Shown here: in pieces, positions 50,801 to 60,089 of the stretch | Layout of the letters: every line of letters starts with the position of its first letter | How positions within the stretch are numbered: position 1 is the stretch's first letter | Origin: Fibrobacteria bacterium | GTDB taxonomy: Bacteria; Fibrobacterota; Chitinivibrionia; Chitinivibrionales; FEN-1185 | DNA length: 64,000 bases | Direction of reading: 5' to 3' | Assembly (NCBI GenBank): GCA_037447435.1 | Contig: JBBIGR010000010.1 | Span: 51,951 to 115,950, forward strand | Made by a program: the position numbers and the translations under genes | Notes under the pieces: generated by a model | What the model saw: the letters and a program-made list of their open reading frames with translations, nothing else | Databases searched by the model: none | Told to the model about the DNA's origin: nothing

Positions 50801-52198
50801 TTTATAGACCAAACTAGAACTATGACCATTCATGCTTCCGACGGCAGGGCACTGTCCATGACGGATCCTATGGTAGAGGTTATTCTTCCATCCATGGGCC
50901 GATACGGTACCGAAGGATTGGCGGCAGTAATGCGCGGCATCGGTATCAATGCAAAGGCGCTTCCGGTTTCCGACACTGTGGTTTTACAAACTGGTCGCAA
51001 AAACACCTCGTGTAAGGAATGCCTGCCGTACATACTAACCACAGGGTCCTTTTTGGAATACCTTAAATCAAAAACCGATCCTGATGTGGTATCGTTGTTT
51101 TTTATGGCTTCAGGGGGAGGCCCTTGCAGATTGGGGCAATATTGCACGGCAATGACGGAGCTTATTTACAATAATAAAATTCCAAACGCAGCAATGCTTT
51201 CTATGACAAACGAAAACGGTTACGCGGGTTTGGGAAGCAGAGCTCTTTTGGCCGCGTCCCAAGTTATAATGGTTGCAGACGTTTTTAACGATATAAGAAG
51301 CTTTTTGACTGTCGCCGCAGTCGACAAGGAAGCTGCGTTGCAAATTCTGGAAACGTGCTGGCGTCAACTTGTTGCATATTTTGAAGGAAGACTATCATTA
51401 CGGTTTTCTGTATTATTGACATCGATATCCCGCACATTACATTCCATACCTTGCAAAAAGAAAATGAGTGAAATCCCGGTGATTTCGCTTGTTGGAGAAA
51501 TATATGTTCGTTCCGATGAATTCTCCCGGCAATACCTTGTCGATTATTTTGAGAAACGCGGCTTCATGGTAAAAATAGCACCTGTTGCGGAATATTTGTT
51601 TTACAGCAATTATGTCGTAAATAAAGGTTTGGGTGAAAAAGAATTTTCGATAAAAGACCATATGAAAATGCGGGTAATAAGCGGGGTAGAGGAATGGTGG
51701 GAGCGTCGGATTAAAACGATTCTGTCCCGAAGCGGCTGTTACCGGTTCGAAATGATCCATGTCGAAAAGACCATGGAAAGCGCATCTCATCTTGTCAATG
51801 AAAATTTCAGAGGAGAATGCCCGCTCACCATCGGTCTTGCTTTAAGGGAAATTATGGGCGATTCATGCGGTGTAGTCAGCATCGGGCCGTTTGGCTGCAT
51901 GCCGTCTCGCGTGGCTGAGGCTATTTTGAAAAAAGAAATGAACCGGGCAGGGAAATTACGTATGCCGACAGTATTCAAACATGCAAAACTTCTTGATAAT
52001 GTTGATGAGTTTCCGTTTTTTGCTCTGGAAACCGATGGAAGCCCGTTTCCGCAGCTTGTAGAGGCTAATTTGGAAGCTTTTTGCGTTTCGGCGAACCGCA
52101 TGTTTTCCCATATGAGGGATTATTCATTTTCCAGGGGAAGCCAAAAAGCCGATCAGGCCAATGCGCCAAGAAATGTTTCGGCTTCTTTTGTAAAATAG
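47834..52198 (+). CDS. Acyl-CoA dehydratase activase-related fusion (two BadF/BcrAD ASKHA domains + DUF2229-like + dehydratase-like domain)
   Basis: NKCASGTG, RCSVF, LGLDVGSTTTK, EIGGQDAK, NEACSAGTGSF, GRPYN, NFSCGPDSF, GGPCRLGQY, GPFGCMP. Confidence 0.88.
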   Translation: MKTIGFCFGATSVQYSIVTGNESDFEIVQYGRLVHEGNVAKTLLQCLSAIDLEKIDRIVVTGRKLRSYVRLTNISEPEAVEAALKAGFSSTKPDLIVSLGGESQLVYKIGKQGGISSIHSGNKCASGTGEFFLQQIRRMGLSLEQAIALAQKGNAHKIAGRCSVFCKSDCTHALNKGEPKENVVAGLCAMIADKIGDLIKDIPCERIMVIGGGSLNSAVIENLRRRYSDLIVPQTAAFFEAFGAAVWALSHDCISFRPHEILSCIDTVPQSFSYHEPLSKFEGIVDFKQNNCSKFGAEKEYVLGLDVGSTTTKAVLLCRESKSVAASVYLRTNGDPVTAAKNCYSELLKQIGFEKAKIVSIGITGSGRQIAGLHALSSNIINEIMAHATAAAFFDPTVDTIFEIGGQDAKYTFLTAGVPSDYAMNEACSAGTGSFLEESARESLNIEMEKIGDFAVLGDNPPNFTDQCAAFISSDIKIAGQEGIDKNNILAGLVYSVCMNYLNRVKGQRPIGKRIFMQGGVCYNKAVPLAMAALLKTPIIVPWQPGLMGALGVALEVDKRLLLGLVLPEEIDLETLINRDAVKTGSFECAGGKEHCDKKCEISQIRVNGQVHPFGGICNKYYNLRSRQSQSSVNLDYVGLRHKLLYDEFGVRMKSKAQDSSKRSVGLLRSFLTHSLYPLYSHFFDAMGFEVILSDAIDKQGVSRIESAYCLPAEITHGSFYNLLKKDLDYIFVPQVMQLPVKNVPTFSRLCVFVQGEPYFLKSTFRQEIESSPTVVLSPVLRMDHSYLQAQDIVVDMATKMGVDEDLALNAWTKACARQKQFEEKLREYGTQALAYLAHNPDSFGIVLFGRPYNAFSADANMGIPSKVATRGHIIIPHDMLSADHYPVDNQMFWAMGQKIMKSAQFVRDYKQLFGFYITNFSCGPDSFLVTFFRNVMADKPSLTLELDQHTADAGIDTRIEAALDIMKNRMVSLTSVKSINSNASFCPAFIDQTRTMTIHASDGRALSMTDPMVEVILPSMGRYGTEGLAAVMRGIGINAKALPVSDTVVLQTGRKNTSCKECLPYILTTGSFLEYLKSKTDPDVVSLFFMASGGGPCRLGQYCTAMTELIYNNKIPNAAMLSMTNENGYAGLGSRALLAASQVIMVADVFNDIRSFLTVAAVDKEAALQILETCWRQLVAYFEGRLSLRFSVLLTSISRTLHSIPCKKKMSEIPVISLVGEIYVRSDEFSRQYLVDYFEKRGFMVKIAPVAEYLFYSNYVVNKGLGEKEFSIKDHMKMRVISGVEEWWERRIKTILSRSGCYRFEMIHVEKTMESASHLVNENFRGECPLTIGLALREIMGDSCGVVSIGPFGCMPSRVAEAILKKEMNRAGKLRMPTVFKHAKLLDNVDEFPFFALETDGSPFPQLVEANLEAFCVSANRMFSHMRDYSFSRGSQKADQANAPRNVSASFVK

Positions 52199-52902
52199 GT
52201 GCCGGTCAGCGGATAATCGTCGCGAATGGAAATACATAGTTGCTCTATTGAATCCTTGTCCGGCGTATCTATCAACATTGTCAATAAGTTTATCTTGTCG
52301 ATTTTTTCTTTTAATCCGGTTTTTGGGACATAGCGAGACGCATATGCGGATAAATCAACGTGGTTTTTCATAATTGCCCGGATTTGGCAAAAAACGTCGT
52401 CGGCGATAAGCTCATCGAAATAAATATCCAACCAACACTCCAAATTAAACCCGTAAATGAAATACGGTTCTTTTCCAAACTCGTATAATGATTCATTGAC
52501 CAAGGCCAAGGAATCGAGCCATTGCATAATGAATTGTTTATCCCACTTTCCGCTGATCACCGAAATATTATTGAAACATGATACTAAATTTGCAACGCCC
52601 AATTCGTCGAGCGAAGGAATGCCAAAAAGCCTGCATGCACCGCTTCGCCAAGGGTGTACCGTACATTTTGATTGACTCAAAAGCGCGCAAACCAGGTTCC
52701 CTTCATGGTGGGGGGCGATTTGCGGGGCGGCAAAAATGAATTCTTCCATGATTGCAGGGGGAAAGACGTCATTTATGTGGTGGATCAGATATAAAAATTC
52801 TGCCAATGTTGTTGTAGGAGAAACGCAACATTGCCCGCACCCTTGGCAGGAAACCTGCGGAAGTTGATTGTAAAGAATGTCTATTTCCTTTATAATGTTC
52901 AT
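52153..52902 (-). CDS. YkgJ-like CxxCxxCC cysteine-cluster protein
   Basis: SCQGCGQCC, CALL, CTVHPWRSGACRLFG. Confidence 0.82.
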   Translation of the reverse strand: MNIIKEIDILYNQLPQVSCQGCGQCCVSPTTTLAEFLYLIHHINDVFPPAIMEEFIFAAPQIAPHHEGNLVCALLSQSKCTVHPWRSGACRLFGIPSLDELGVANLVSCFNNISVISGKWDKQFIMQWLDSLALVNESLYEFGKEPYFIYGFNLECWLDIYFDELIADDVFCQIRAIMKNHVDLSAYASRYVPKTGLKEKIDKINLLTMLIDTPDKDSIEQLCISIRDDYPLTGTYFTKEAETFLGALA

Positions 52903-52999
52903 CGTAGACAATATAATTACCGGCAAAATTGCAGGCCAGAATGTCCTATCTATTATAGCAGGATATATTTTTTTCCAACCTTAAACAAAGGATCATAAT

Positions 53000-53998
53000 T
53001 TGAGTATTGTTGCGGATTTCGCACGCGACCTTCATGAAAAAAATCCCGTCCCGCAAATTCGGAAATGCACGCCGATTCAATATCCATGTAAAAGTGAGTC
53101 GTTATCTGAAATACGCGTCGCTATTTTCGATGTATACGGAACCCTGTCCAATTACTGGAAACCCGAATTTAAAAACGAGGAAACCAGACAATCATTTGTT
53201 TATAAGGCGTTCGAAAAGACAATATCCTATTTCGGAATGGAACCGTTTCTCATTGAAATGGAAGGTTCCCAGGCGCCGGCAAAAACATTGCATGATTTGT
53301 ACAACGGACTTATCACCCTGAAGCATGAAATGGCCGGCGAAAAGAAAATAGAATATCCTGAAGTCAAGATTGAGGGGGTCTGGGAAATTATCGTGATGAT
53401 GCTCAAACGCAGAGGTTACGATCCATCCGAATTGCTACTCGGCAATGAGTCCGATTTTGCAAAATGCGTTGCTTATTTCTATAATTTCGTTTCGTTTAAC
53501 CGAGGGTTGTATCCCGGCGTATTTGAGGCATTGTCAAAACTTGCGGAAAAAAACATCATGTTGGGCATTGTTTCCAACGCGCAGTTTTATACCCCGATAG
53601 ATTTGACCTTGTTCTTACGAGATCAAAGCAATGGTACGATAGACGATTATTCAAGGCTTTTTAATCCCGAATTGCAATTTTTTTCCTATGAATACGGGGT
53701 TTCTAAACCCAATCAGCTTTTATTCAGAAAACTTTTCGATGCATTATACGAATATCAGGTTTTGCCGTCACAAACTTTGTTTGTCGGCAATGATTTGGCA
53801 CAGGATATAAAACCCGCAATGGAATTGGGCATGAAAACCGCATTTTTTACCGGTGATGAAGAAACCGCGTTTCTACACGGTCTTTCGCAATCCGTGTTTC
53901 CCGACCTTTGCTTCTCAACCTGGGATTCGTTTGCGGATAAGATTTCGTTTTATTCCCACTCGACACAATCGGACCCTGCAACAGGAGGATTGATTTAG
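53000..53998 (+). CDS. HAD superfamily hydrolase
   Basis: IFDVYGTL, GIVSNAQFYT, SKP, FVGNDLAQDI. Confidence 0.88.
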   Translation: MSIVADFARDLHEKNPVPQIRKCTPIQYPCKSESLSEIRVAIFDVYGTLSNYWKPEFKNEETRQSFVYKAFEKTISYFGMEPFLIEMEGSQAPAKTLHDLYNGLITLKHEMAGEKKIEYPEVKIEGVWEIIVMMLKRRGYDPSELLLGNESDFAKCVAYFYNFVSFNRGLYPGVFEALSKLAEKNIMLGIVSNAQFYTPIDLTLFLRDQSNGTIDDYSRLFNPELQFFSYEYGVSKPNQLLFRKLFDALYEYQVLPSQTLFVGNDLAQDIKPAMELGMKTAFFTGDEETAFLHGLSQSVFPDLCFSTWDSFADKISFYSHSTQSDPATGGLI

Positions 53999-56900
53999 TG
54001 CAACGGCGCAAACGGATCGCTTTAGTACTGCTGAGTGTTGTCTTCTCTCTTGTATTCGCTAAAAGCAAATCGAACGATGAAACTGCCGACATGCTGGATG
54101 CATTGCCTGCGGCGTTGCTTCGCGGCGCAGAAGAAGCCTACGATATAAATATGCATGGTCTGGATGCGCTCGACAGAGGAGATCTCGACAGCGCAGCAGT
54201 GTATTTCTCAAAAGCGCAATCCATGTTGCCTCTGTACAGCGATGCGCAAAACAACATGGGCGTCGTGCATTTCAGGCGCGGCAACATTGCCCAGGCATCC
54301 ATGATTTGGAAAAGTCTGCTGGAAAAAGACCCGGGATACGCGGTCGCGTTGTACAATTTGGGTATCCTGCTTTTTGAAGAAAAAAAATATGATGACAGCA
54401 GGGTTCAGTTTTCAAAAGCAATCACCAGCAATAAAAAATTTTACGAGGCATTCGTCATGCTCGGCAGGGCCGAACTGGCCGCCGGAAAACCCCGCGATGC
54501 GCTGGAACATTTTAAAGCTGCCGCAAAAATCGCGCCCGATAAGGTCGAGACCTGGCAGTTTTTGGCTTACGGTTACATAAACAACGCCGATACTTCGCAG
54601 GCGCAAGCGATTTTGCTGAAGCATCAGGACAATCCCGTCGCATTAAAAATGCTCGGCCAAATTGCCAGTGCAAAAAAAGATCCAAAGGCTGCTGCGGCCT
54701 ATTTGAAAAACGCGGTGGCAAAAGGCGGAAATGCCGACCAGTTGCTCGAACTAGCGCAATCCCAGCTCGATGCGCACGCGTGCAAAGACGCGCTAGGAAC
54801 GCTCGAACAGTACGCGTCGTCGGTGTCAAATCAATCGGCCGATTATTTTTTATATTCGGGTATTGCTTTTAAGGAATGCGGCGAAACGAAATCGGCGAGG
54901 TCCGCATTCGAAAAAGGATTGTCTAAATATCCTTCGGACCAAATAATACGCTATAATTTGGGTCAAATTTACTTTATGCAAAAACAATTCGATTTGGCGG
55001 AATCGATGTGGACGACAGTCGCGGATTCCCTGGACGATCCGTCGTTATCGTATCTGCGCGGGCTCAATGCGCATCACAAGGGAGATTTGGCTCTGGCCGA
55101 AACGTATGTGCGAAAAGCCTTGAAACGCGATGAACAACCGCAATATTTCGATTTGCTCGGTACAATCCTCTTTGCAAAAGGTAAAAAAGACGAAGCTGCA
55201 CAAAATTTTAAAAAGGCGCTGAAGCTGGATCCCGATTATCGGTCGGCCCAGCTGAATTTGGCGCTCATTTCCCAGTCGAAAGACGATCTCGAACGCGCTG
55301 CGATGGAAATGGAAAAATCCGTTTCCGAGTGCCGCTCGAATTGCCAGGACCAGATTCTTCAATTATCTGTTTTATATTACCATTTGTCTGAAATCGACAA
55401 GGCTGCGGCCTTGCTTGGTAAAATTCCCGATAATGAAAAAAACGAAAAAATCGTTCGGCATTTAGCCCTCTATTATCGTGATTTGCACGATTGGGAAAAA
55501 GCTATCGCGGTTTTGGAAAAGGCGAAAACGCGGTTTGTTTCGGATGCTCAAACCGATTGTGAACTGGCCGAGGATTATTTGCTATCCGGTAATAATCAAA
55601 AGGCAATCGAAGCGCTCACCGCGCTTTTGCAAAAATGGGACCAAAACCCGTGGCGCATTTATTATCAACTCGGGTACGCATGCATGGAAATGAAGGAATT
55701 CGAAAAAGCAAAAAATTATTTGCAACAAAGCCTGAAAAAGAAACCCGACAATTTGGCTACCCAAGGTCTTTTGGCATACATTTTTAATGCGCAAGGCGAT
55801 GTCGCGCAGGCCAGGTCCATATGGGAAAAAACCTTGCACGATGATCCCAATAATGCGACGCTACTTATCAATATGGGGCTTTCTTTGGAAAAAGACGGGC
55901 ATTATGAGGCTGCATTGGAATATTATCAAAAAGCGCTTTTATTAAAAACAGGTGATAACGGGATTCAAATTAATATCGGAAATGCCTATTGCGGTTTAGA
56001 TAAAAACTATGAAGCCTTAAAGGCCTACGAACTTGCGCTTAATTCGTCAAAGCGAAATCTTGCAGCGTATAACATTTTCGTTTTAAGTCAAAAGTCGAAT
56101 ACCCAGGCCGAATCAGCGGAAATGTTGTCTATTTTGACCAGTGAGTTTCCATCCTCCGTTTATACGAAGCGCGCACAGGCCGATATGTCGCTTATGCAAA
56201 AGGACACGGCAACGGCACTTGCTAAACTTGAATCATTGACCGATAAGGACGGTGCCGATTATTTGACCATGGCCCGGATATATGCAATGAAAAAGAATTT
56301 TTCCAAGGCAACGCAATGTTTGGGAAAAGTGCCGTCCGATGCATTGTATGAAAAAGAAAAAATTGCTATACAAGCGCAAATGGATTTCTTAAATGGAAAT
56401 TTTTCAGAGGCGTTCCAAACCTATAAAACAATGCAGGACACTTCGTTTGCCACGCAATACAACATGGCCGTCAGCGCGTATAACGGGAAAAATTATTCCG
56501 ATGCATGCGCCATTGCGGAGAAAATTATCGGGAAAGCGAAAAGCGGCGACCGGGCGGAGGTGTTGAAATTGGCCGGGAATGCTGCCATAGGGTTAAAGCA
56601 GTGGAAAAAAGCACAGCAATTTTATTTGCAACTCGACGATCTCCGGATCGGCAACGATGCATTGACGCAGTATAATTTGGCCGTGATTTGTTATAATCTG
56701 AATATGGTAGACGAATCCTATTCATACTATCAGAAAGCCAAACGACTCGACCCTACGATATCGAGCAAGGATATTGAAAAACGGTACGAAAGTGCTCATG
56801 GGCAAACGGCTTCGTCGCCAACGACATTGGATAACGTCGATGCATTATATAATGATGCTGTGGCATTGCAAAGCGACGGTAAAGACACCGCAGCTGAAAT

Positions 56901-57198
56901 CGCGTATAAAAATTTGTTGGAAAAGTCACCGTCCTATTACCATGCCTGGAATAATTTAGGAGCAATTTATTCTGCACGAGGCGAGCTGGACCAAGCAGTG
57001 CAATGTTATCTTAAATCGATCGAAAAGCAGCATGACATCCCCGAGGCCTATGCCAATCTCGTGAATGTCTATGTTGCTATAGGAAATTTTAAGGAAGCAC
57101 AGCGCTGGATTGTAAAGGGCCGGGGCCATAACCCCGACAGCGATATGTTGAAGGACCTTGATGCAAAAGTAAAAGAGATGGCGAAAAGAAAAAAATAA
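53998..57198 (+). CDS. Large exported TPR-repeat protein (1066 aa)
   Basis: N-terminal hydrophobic leader; many TPRs (AQNNMGVVHF, ALYNLG, AWNNLGAIY, AYANL). Confidence 0.88.
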   Translation: MQRRKRIALVLLSVVFSLVFAKSKSNDETADMLDALPAALLRGAEEAYDINMHGLDALDRGDLDSAAVYFSKAQSMLPLYSDAQNNMGVVHFRRGNIAQASMIWKSLLEKDPGYAVALYNLGILLFEEKKYDDSRVQFSKAITSNKKFYEAFVMLGRAELAAGKPRDALEHFKAAAKIAPDKVETWQFLAYGYINNADTSQAQAILLKHQDNPVALKMLGQIASAKKDPKAAAAYLKNAVAKGGNADQLLELAQSQLDAHACKDALGTLEQYASSVSNQSADYFLYSGIAFKECGETKSARSAFEKGLSKYPSDQIIRYNLGQIYFMQKQFDLAESMWTTVADSLDDPSLSYLRGLNAHHKGDLALAETYVRKALKRDEQPQYFDLLGTILFAKGKKDEAAQNFKKALKLDPDYRSAQLNLALISQSKDDLERAAMEMEKSVSECRSNCQDQILQLSVLYYHLSEIDKAAALLGKIPDNEKNEKIVRHLALYYRDLHDWEKAIAVLEKAKTRFVSDAQTDCELAEDYLLSGNNQKAIEALTALLQKWDQNPWRIYYQLGYACMEMKEFEKAKNYLQQSLKKKPDNLATQGLLAYIFNAQGDVAQARSIWEKTLHDDPNNATLLINMGLSLEKDGHYEAALEYYQKALLLKTGDNGIQINIGNAYCGLDKNYEALKAYELALNSSKRNLAAYNIFVLSQKSNTQAESAEMLSILTSEFPSSVYTKRAQADMSLMQKDTATALAKLESLTDKDGADYLTMARIYAMKKNFSKATQCLGKVPSDALYEKEKIAIQAQMDFLNGNFSEAFQTYKTMQDTSFATQYNMAVSAYNGKNYSDACAIAEKIIGKAKSGDRAEVLKLAGNAAIGLKQWKKAQQFYLQLDDLRIGNDALTQYNLAVICYNLNMVDESYSYYQKAKRLDPTISSKDIEKRYESAHGQTASSPTTLDNVDALYNDAVALQSDGKDTAAEIAYKNLLEKSPSYYHAWNNLGAIYSARGELDQAVQCYLKSIEKQHDIPEAYANLVNVYVAIGNFKEAQRWIVKGRGHNPDSDMLKDLDAKVKEMAKRKK

Positions 57199-57221
57199 AC
57201 TATCCAAAGGGCAAAAGTATT

Positions 57222-57365
57222 ATGAAATCGACTACTAATCGATACAAACCGCCTCGAATTCAAAACAACATCGAAAAGTGGGGTAACGACAGTTCGAAAA
57301 TTAAAATCGCCGTAACTCGCAAGTCCCCGAAAAAAAGTTTATTTGGGAAAAAAAAACCTGTCTAA
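57222..57365 (+). CDS. Possible small basic protein (47 aa)
   Basis: MKSTTNRYKPPRIQNNIEKWGNDSSKIKIAVTRKSPKKSLFGKKKPV*; followed by hairpin AATCCGTTGC / GCAACTGGATT. Confidence 0.35.
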   Translation: MKSTTNRYKPPRIQNNIEKWGNDSSKIKIAVTRKSPKKSLFGKKKPV

Positions 57366-57547
57366 TCCGTTGCTTGCAACTGGATTGTTTAGCAGAGAAT
57401 ATTTTGCGAGTTCCGGGAGGACCCGATACCAAGATTCCTCGAGTATGTATTTTATAGAGACACTAAACCGTATGCACCATGACATGGCGTATATTTTATA
57501 GGCAATGATGCAAACAGTATGAACGATTTGAACTTTGGAGGGCAATA

Positions 57548-58876
57548 ATGGATTACTTGGATTCAGTACTCATTATCGGAAGCGGTGGTCGCGAGCATGC
57601 AATTGTGAAGGCCTTGTTAAGAAGCGACAGGCCTCTTTTTATGTATGCCTATCCGGGAAATCCTGGTTTGGAACACGATGGTTGTACACTGGTTGATAAA
57701 GAAATAAACAATTGGCCCGATCTTGCCGATTGGGCAAAAAAAAATGAGATTAATCTTACTGTTGTTGGGCCCGAAATTCCGCTCGTTGAAGGAATTGTTG
57801 ATCTATTTAAGAAAAAAGGGCTTACTATTTTTGGTCCGACAAAAAAAGCCGCTCAAATTGAAGGCAATAAGGCTTTTTCCAAAAAATTCATGAAAAAGCA
57901 TAGTATTCCCACTGCCGCATTTAGTGTATGTAAAACTAAAGAAGATGCTTTAAAATATCTTAAAAAACACGGTGCTCCTATTGTAGTCAAGGCGAGCGGG
58001 CTTGCTGCCGGCAAGGGCGTGGTTGTTTGCCATACCGAAAAAGAAGCCATTCATGCATTAAACAGCATGTTCGACGACAAGGTTTTCGGTGCTGCGGGGA
58101 CAACCGTCGTTTTGGAAGAATTGATGGTTGGAGAGGAAGCTTCAATTTTTGTTCTTTCCGATGGAAAATCACATAAAAATTTGCCGGTAAGCCAGGATCA
58201 TAAAAGAATCGGTGACGATGATACCGGACCAAATACGGGTGGAATGGGGGCGTATGCTCCTTGCCCGCTTATCGACGCAAAGCTTCTTGCGCAAATAGAA
58301 AAAGAAATCATCGTACCAACCCTTTCTGGAATGAAAAAAGACGGCTTTCCGTATCAGGGGCTTTTGTACATCGGCGTTATGGTGACAGCCGATGGGCCTA
58401 AGGTCGTAGAGTACAATTGCCGTTTTGGCGACCCGGAAACCGAAGCGGTATTGCCGCTAATCCATTGCGACTGGTTTGAAGTTTTCAAAGCATGTGCCAC
58501 AGGAAAATTACATTCGGTCAAATGGGAAGTCAGACCCGAGTATTGTGTTTCGGTCGTGCTTGCTTCAAAGGGATATCCGGGAAAGATACAAAAAGGCAAG
58601 CCCATCAAAGGTCTTGACAAAGCAGAACGAAGAAAGCCGAATGTCGACGTATATCATGCGGGCACACTTCACACCGAAGACGATGGTTTTGTGACCAATG
58701 GAGGCAGGGTTGTCGCCGTATCCGCATGGTCCGCAAAACTATCCGATGCGATTTCCGAAGCCTATGAAGCCGCCCATGCGATAACGTTCGAAGGTAAAAC
58801 CTATAGGAAAGACATTGCGGCAAAAGGGCTTGCCCGATTGCAAAAGGTTGAAACTCATTCCGCGAAGAAAAAATGA
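57548..58876 (+). CDS. purD: Phosphoribosylamine--glycine ligase
   Basis: GSGGREHA, VVGPE, KASGLAAGKGV, QDHKR, GPNTGGMGAY, EYNCRFGDPE. Confidence 0.98.
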   Translation: MDYLDSVLIIGSGGREHAIVKALLRSDRPLFMYAYPGNPGLEHDGCTLVDKEINNWPDLADWAKKNEINLTVVGPEIPLVEGIVDLFKKKGLTIFGPTKKAAQIEGNKAFSKKFMKKHSIPTAAFSVCKTKEDALKYLKKHGAPIVVKASGLAAGKGVVVCHTEKEAIHALNSMFDDKVFGAAGTTVVLEELMVGEEASIFVLSDGKSHKNLPVSQDHKRIGDDDTGPNTGGMGAYAPCPLIDAKLLAQIEKEIIVPTLSGMKKDGFPYQGLLYIGVMVTADGPKVVEYNCRFGDPETEAVLPLIHCDWFEVFKACATGKLHSVKWEVRPEYCVSVVLASKGYPGKIQKGKPIKGLDKAERRKPNVDVYHAGTLHTEDDGFVTNGGRVVAVSAWSAKLSDAISEAYEAAHAITFEGKTYRKDIAAKGLARLQKVETHSAKKK

Positions 58877-58932
58877 TTTAAGAATAGCATAATTAACTGC
58901 AATTTTCTACAGATTAAAAGGGACATGGTGTT

Positions 58933-59397
58933 ATGTCGGGAATGAAAGTCGCAATCGTCATGGGGTCAAGCTCAGATGCTGAGCTTGGAAAAAAGGCAGA
59001 GGAAACGCTGAAGGAATTTTGCATCGATTCCGAAACTTTTGTTATTTCGGCGCATAGAAATCCGAATAAAATTAAGAAATTTGGCAAGACCCTAGAAGAA
59101 AACGGGTTTGGCGTTGTCATTGCAATGGCAGGTTTGGCAGCTCATTTACCTGGTGTCGTTGCCAGCCTGACCGTATTACCGGTGATTGGTTTGCCGGTAG
59201 AAAGCGGTCCAATGCGCGGTTTGGATGCTTTATATTCGATAGTTCAAATGCCGCCGGGAATTCCCGTTGCCACAGTAGGCATTGGCAATGCAAAAAATGC
59301 CGCTCTGCTTGGGGTTCAGATTTTGTCGGTCCATTCCGTTAAACTTCGCGAGTCCATGCGGCAATACCGTAAACAATTCGGTGATGATCTTGACTGA
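58933..59397 (+). CDS. purE: N5-CAIR mutase
   Basis: VMGSSSD, SAHR, AGLAAHLPG, PVIGLP, SIVQMPPGIPVATV. Confidence 0.97.
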   Translation: MSGMKVAIVMGSSSDAELGKKAEETLKEFCIDSETFVISAHRNPNKIKKFGKTLEENGFGVVIAMAGLAAHLPGVVASLTVLPVIGLPVESGPMRGLDALYSIVQMPPGIPVATVGIGNAKNAALLGVQILSVHSVKLRESMRQYRKQFGDDLD

Positions 59398-60004
59398 TAG
59401 GTATCCGTTCGGGGCCTCATCCAAATTCGATGATTTCTCAATGAACGAAATCTCGGAACGTATTAAGAACGATCAGGTTTTTGTTTATCCGACCGAAACT
59501 ATCTACGGAATCGGCGGAAGGTCTGATAGGGATTCTGTTGCGCATCGCATAATGGAAATAAAAGGGAGAAGTAAAAATTCTCCTTTTATTATTTTAGCTG
59601 CAAACCGATCCATGTTTGAGCCTTTGGCATTACGGTTCACTGCCAAAGCCGAAGCCTTAGCCAAACAATTTTGGCCGGGTAATATCACCTTGGTTTTACC
59701 ATCTATCCATAATCCCCAGGGAATCGGAGTACGTCTTTCAAACCATCCCTTTATGGTTTCATTGGGTATGCATTGCGATATCGCTATTTTTTCGACCAGT
59801 GCAAATTTTTCGGGTAAAGAATATGTGTATGATTCGCAAAGGATATTCTCAACCATCGGAAAATCGGTCGATTTTATTGTAGACGCGGGGAACATTCCGG
59901 CATCGAAACCTTCGACGGTTGTGAAAATCGATGAAAACGACGCCGTTAGTATACTTCGTGAAGGTATTGTTCAGGCAGAACAGATATTTAGTATATGTAA
60001 ATAA
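59384..60004 (+). CDS. tsaC: L-threonylcarbamoyladenylate synthase (TsaC/Sua5/YrdC)
   Basis: YPTETIYGIG, IKGR, FWPG, STSANFSG, PSTVV, LREG. Start placed at ATG 59384, overlapping purE. Confidence 0.9.
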   Translation: MILTDRYPFGASSKFDDFSMNEISERIKNDQVFVYPTETIYGIGGRSDRDSVAHRIMEIKGRSKNSPFIILAANRSMFEPLALRFTAKAEALAKQFWPGNITLVLPSIHNPQGIGVRLSNHPFMVSLGMHCDIAIFSTSANFSGKEYVYDSQRIFSTIGKSVDFIVDAGNIPASKPSTVVKIDENDAVSILREGIVQAEQIFSICK

Positions 60005-60089
60005 CCAGTTGTAATCCGGTTTTCTGCCGAAAAATGTTTAAAACAAATCCATTCGATAAATCTTTTAACACTACAAAGGAGAATAAGGT

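Noticed and set aside
57366..57547. Purine-related riboswitch (ZTP/PRPP/guanine) before purD; also checked before purH and purC
   Set aside because: No consensus elements recognisable by eye; an Rfam scan would be needed to exclude one fully.
59282..59383. N-terminal extension of TsaC given in the ORF track
   Set aside because: Overlaps purE by over 100 bp; ATG 59384 is more plausible. Starts were trimmed likewise for ORFs at 24070, 26070, 35562, 47030, 47804 and 52926.
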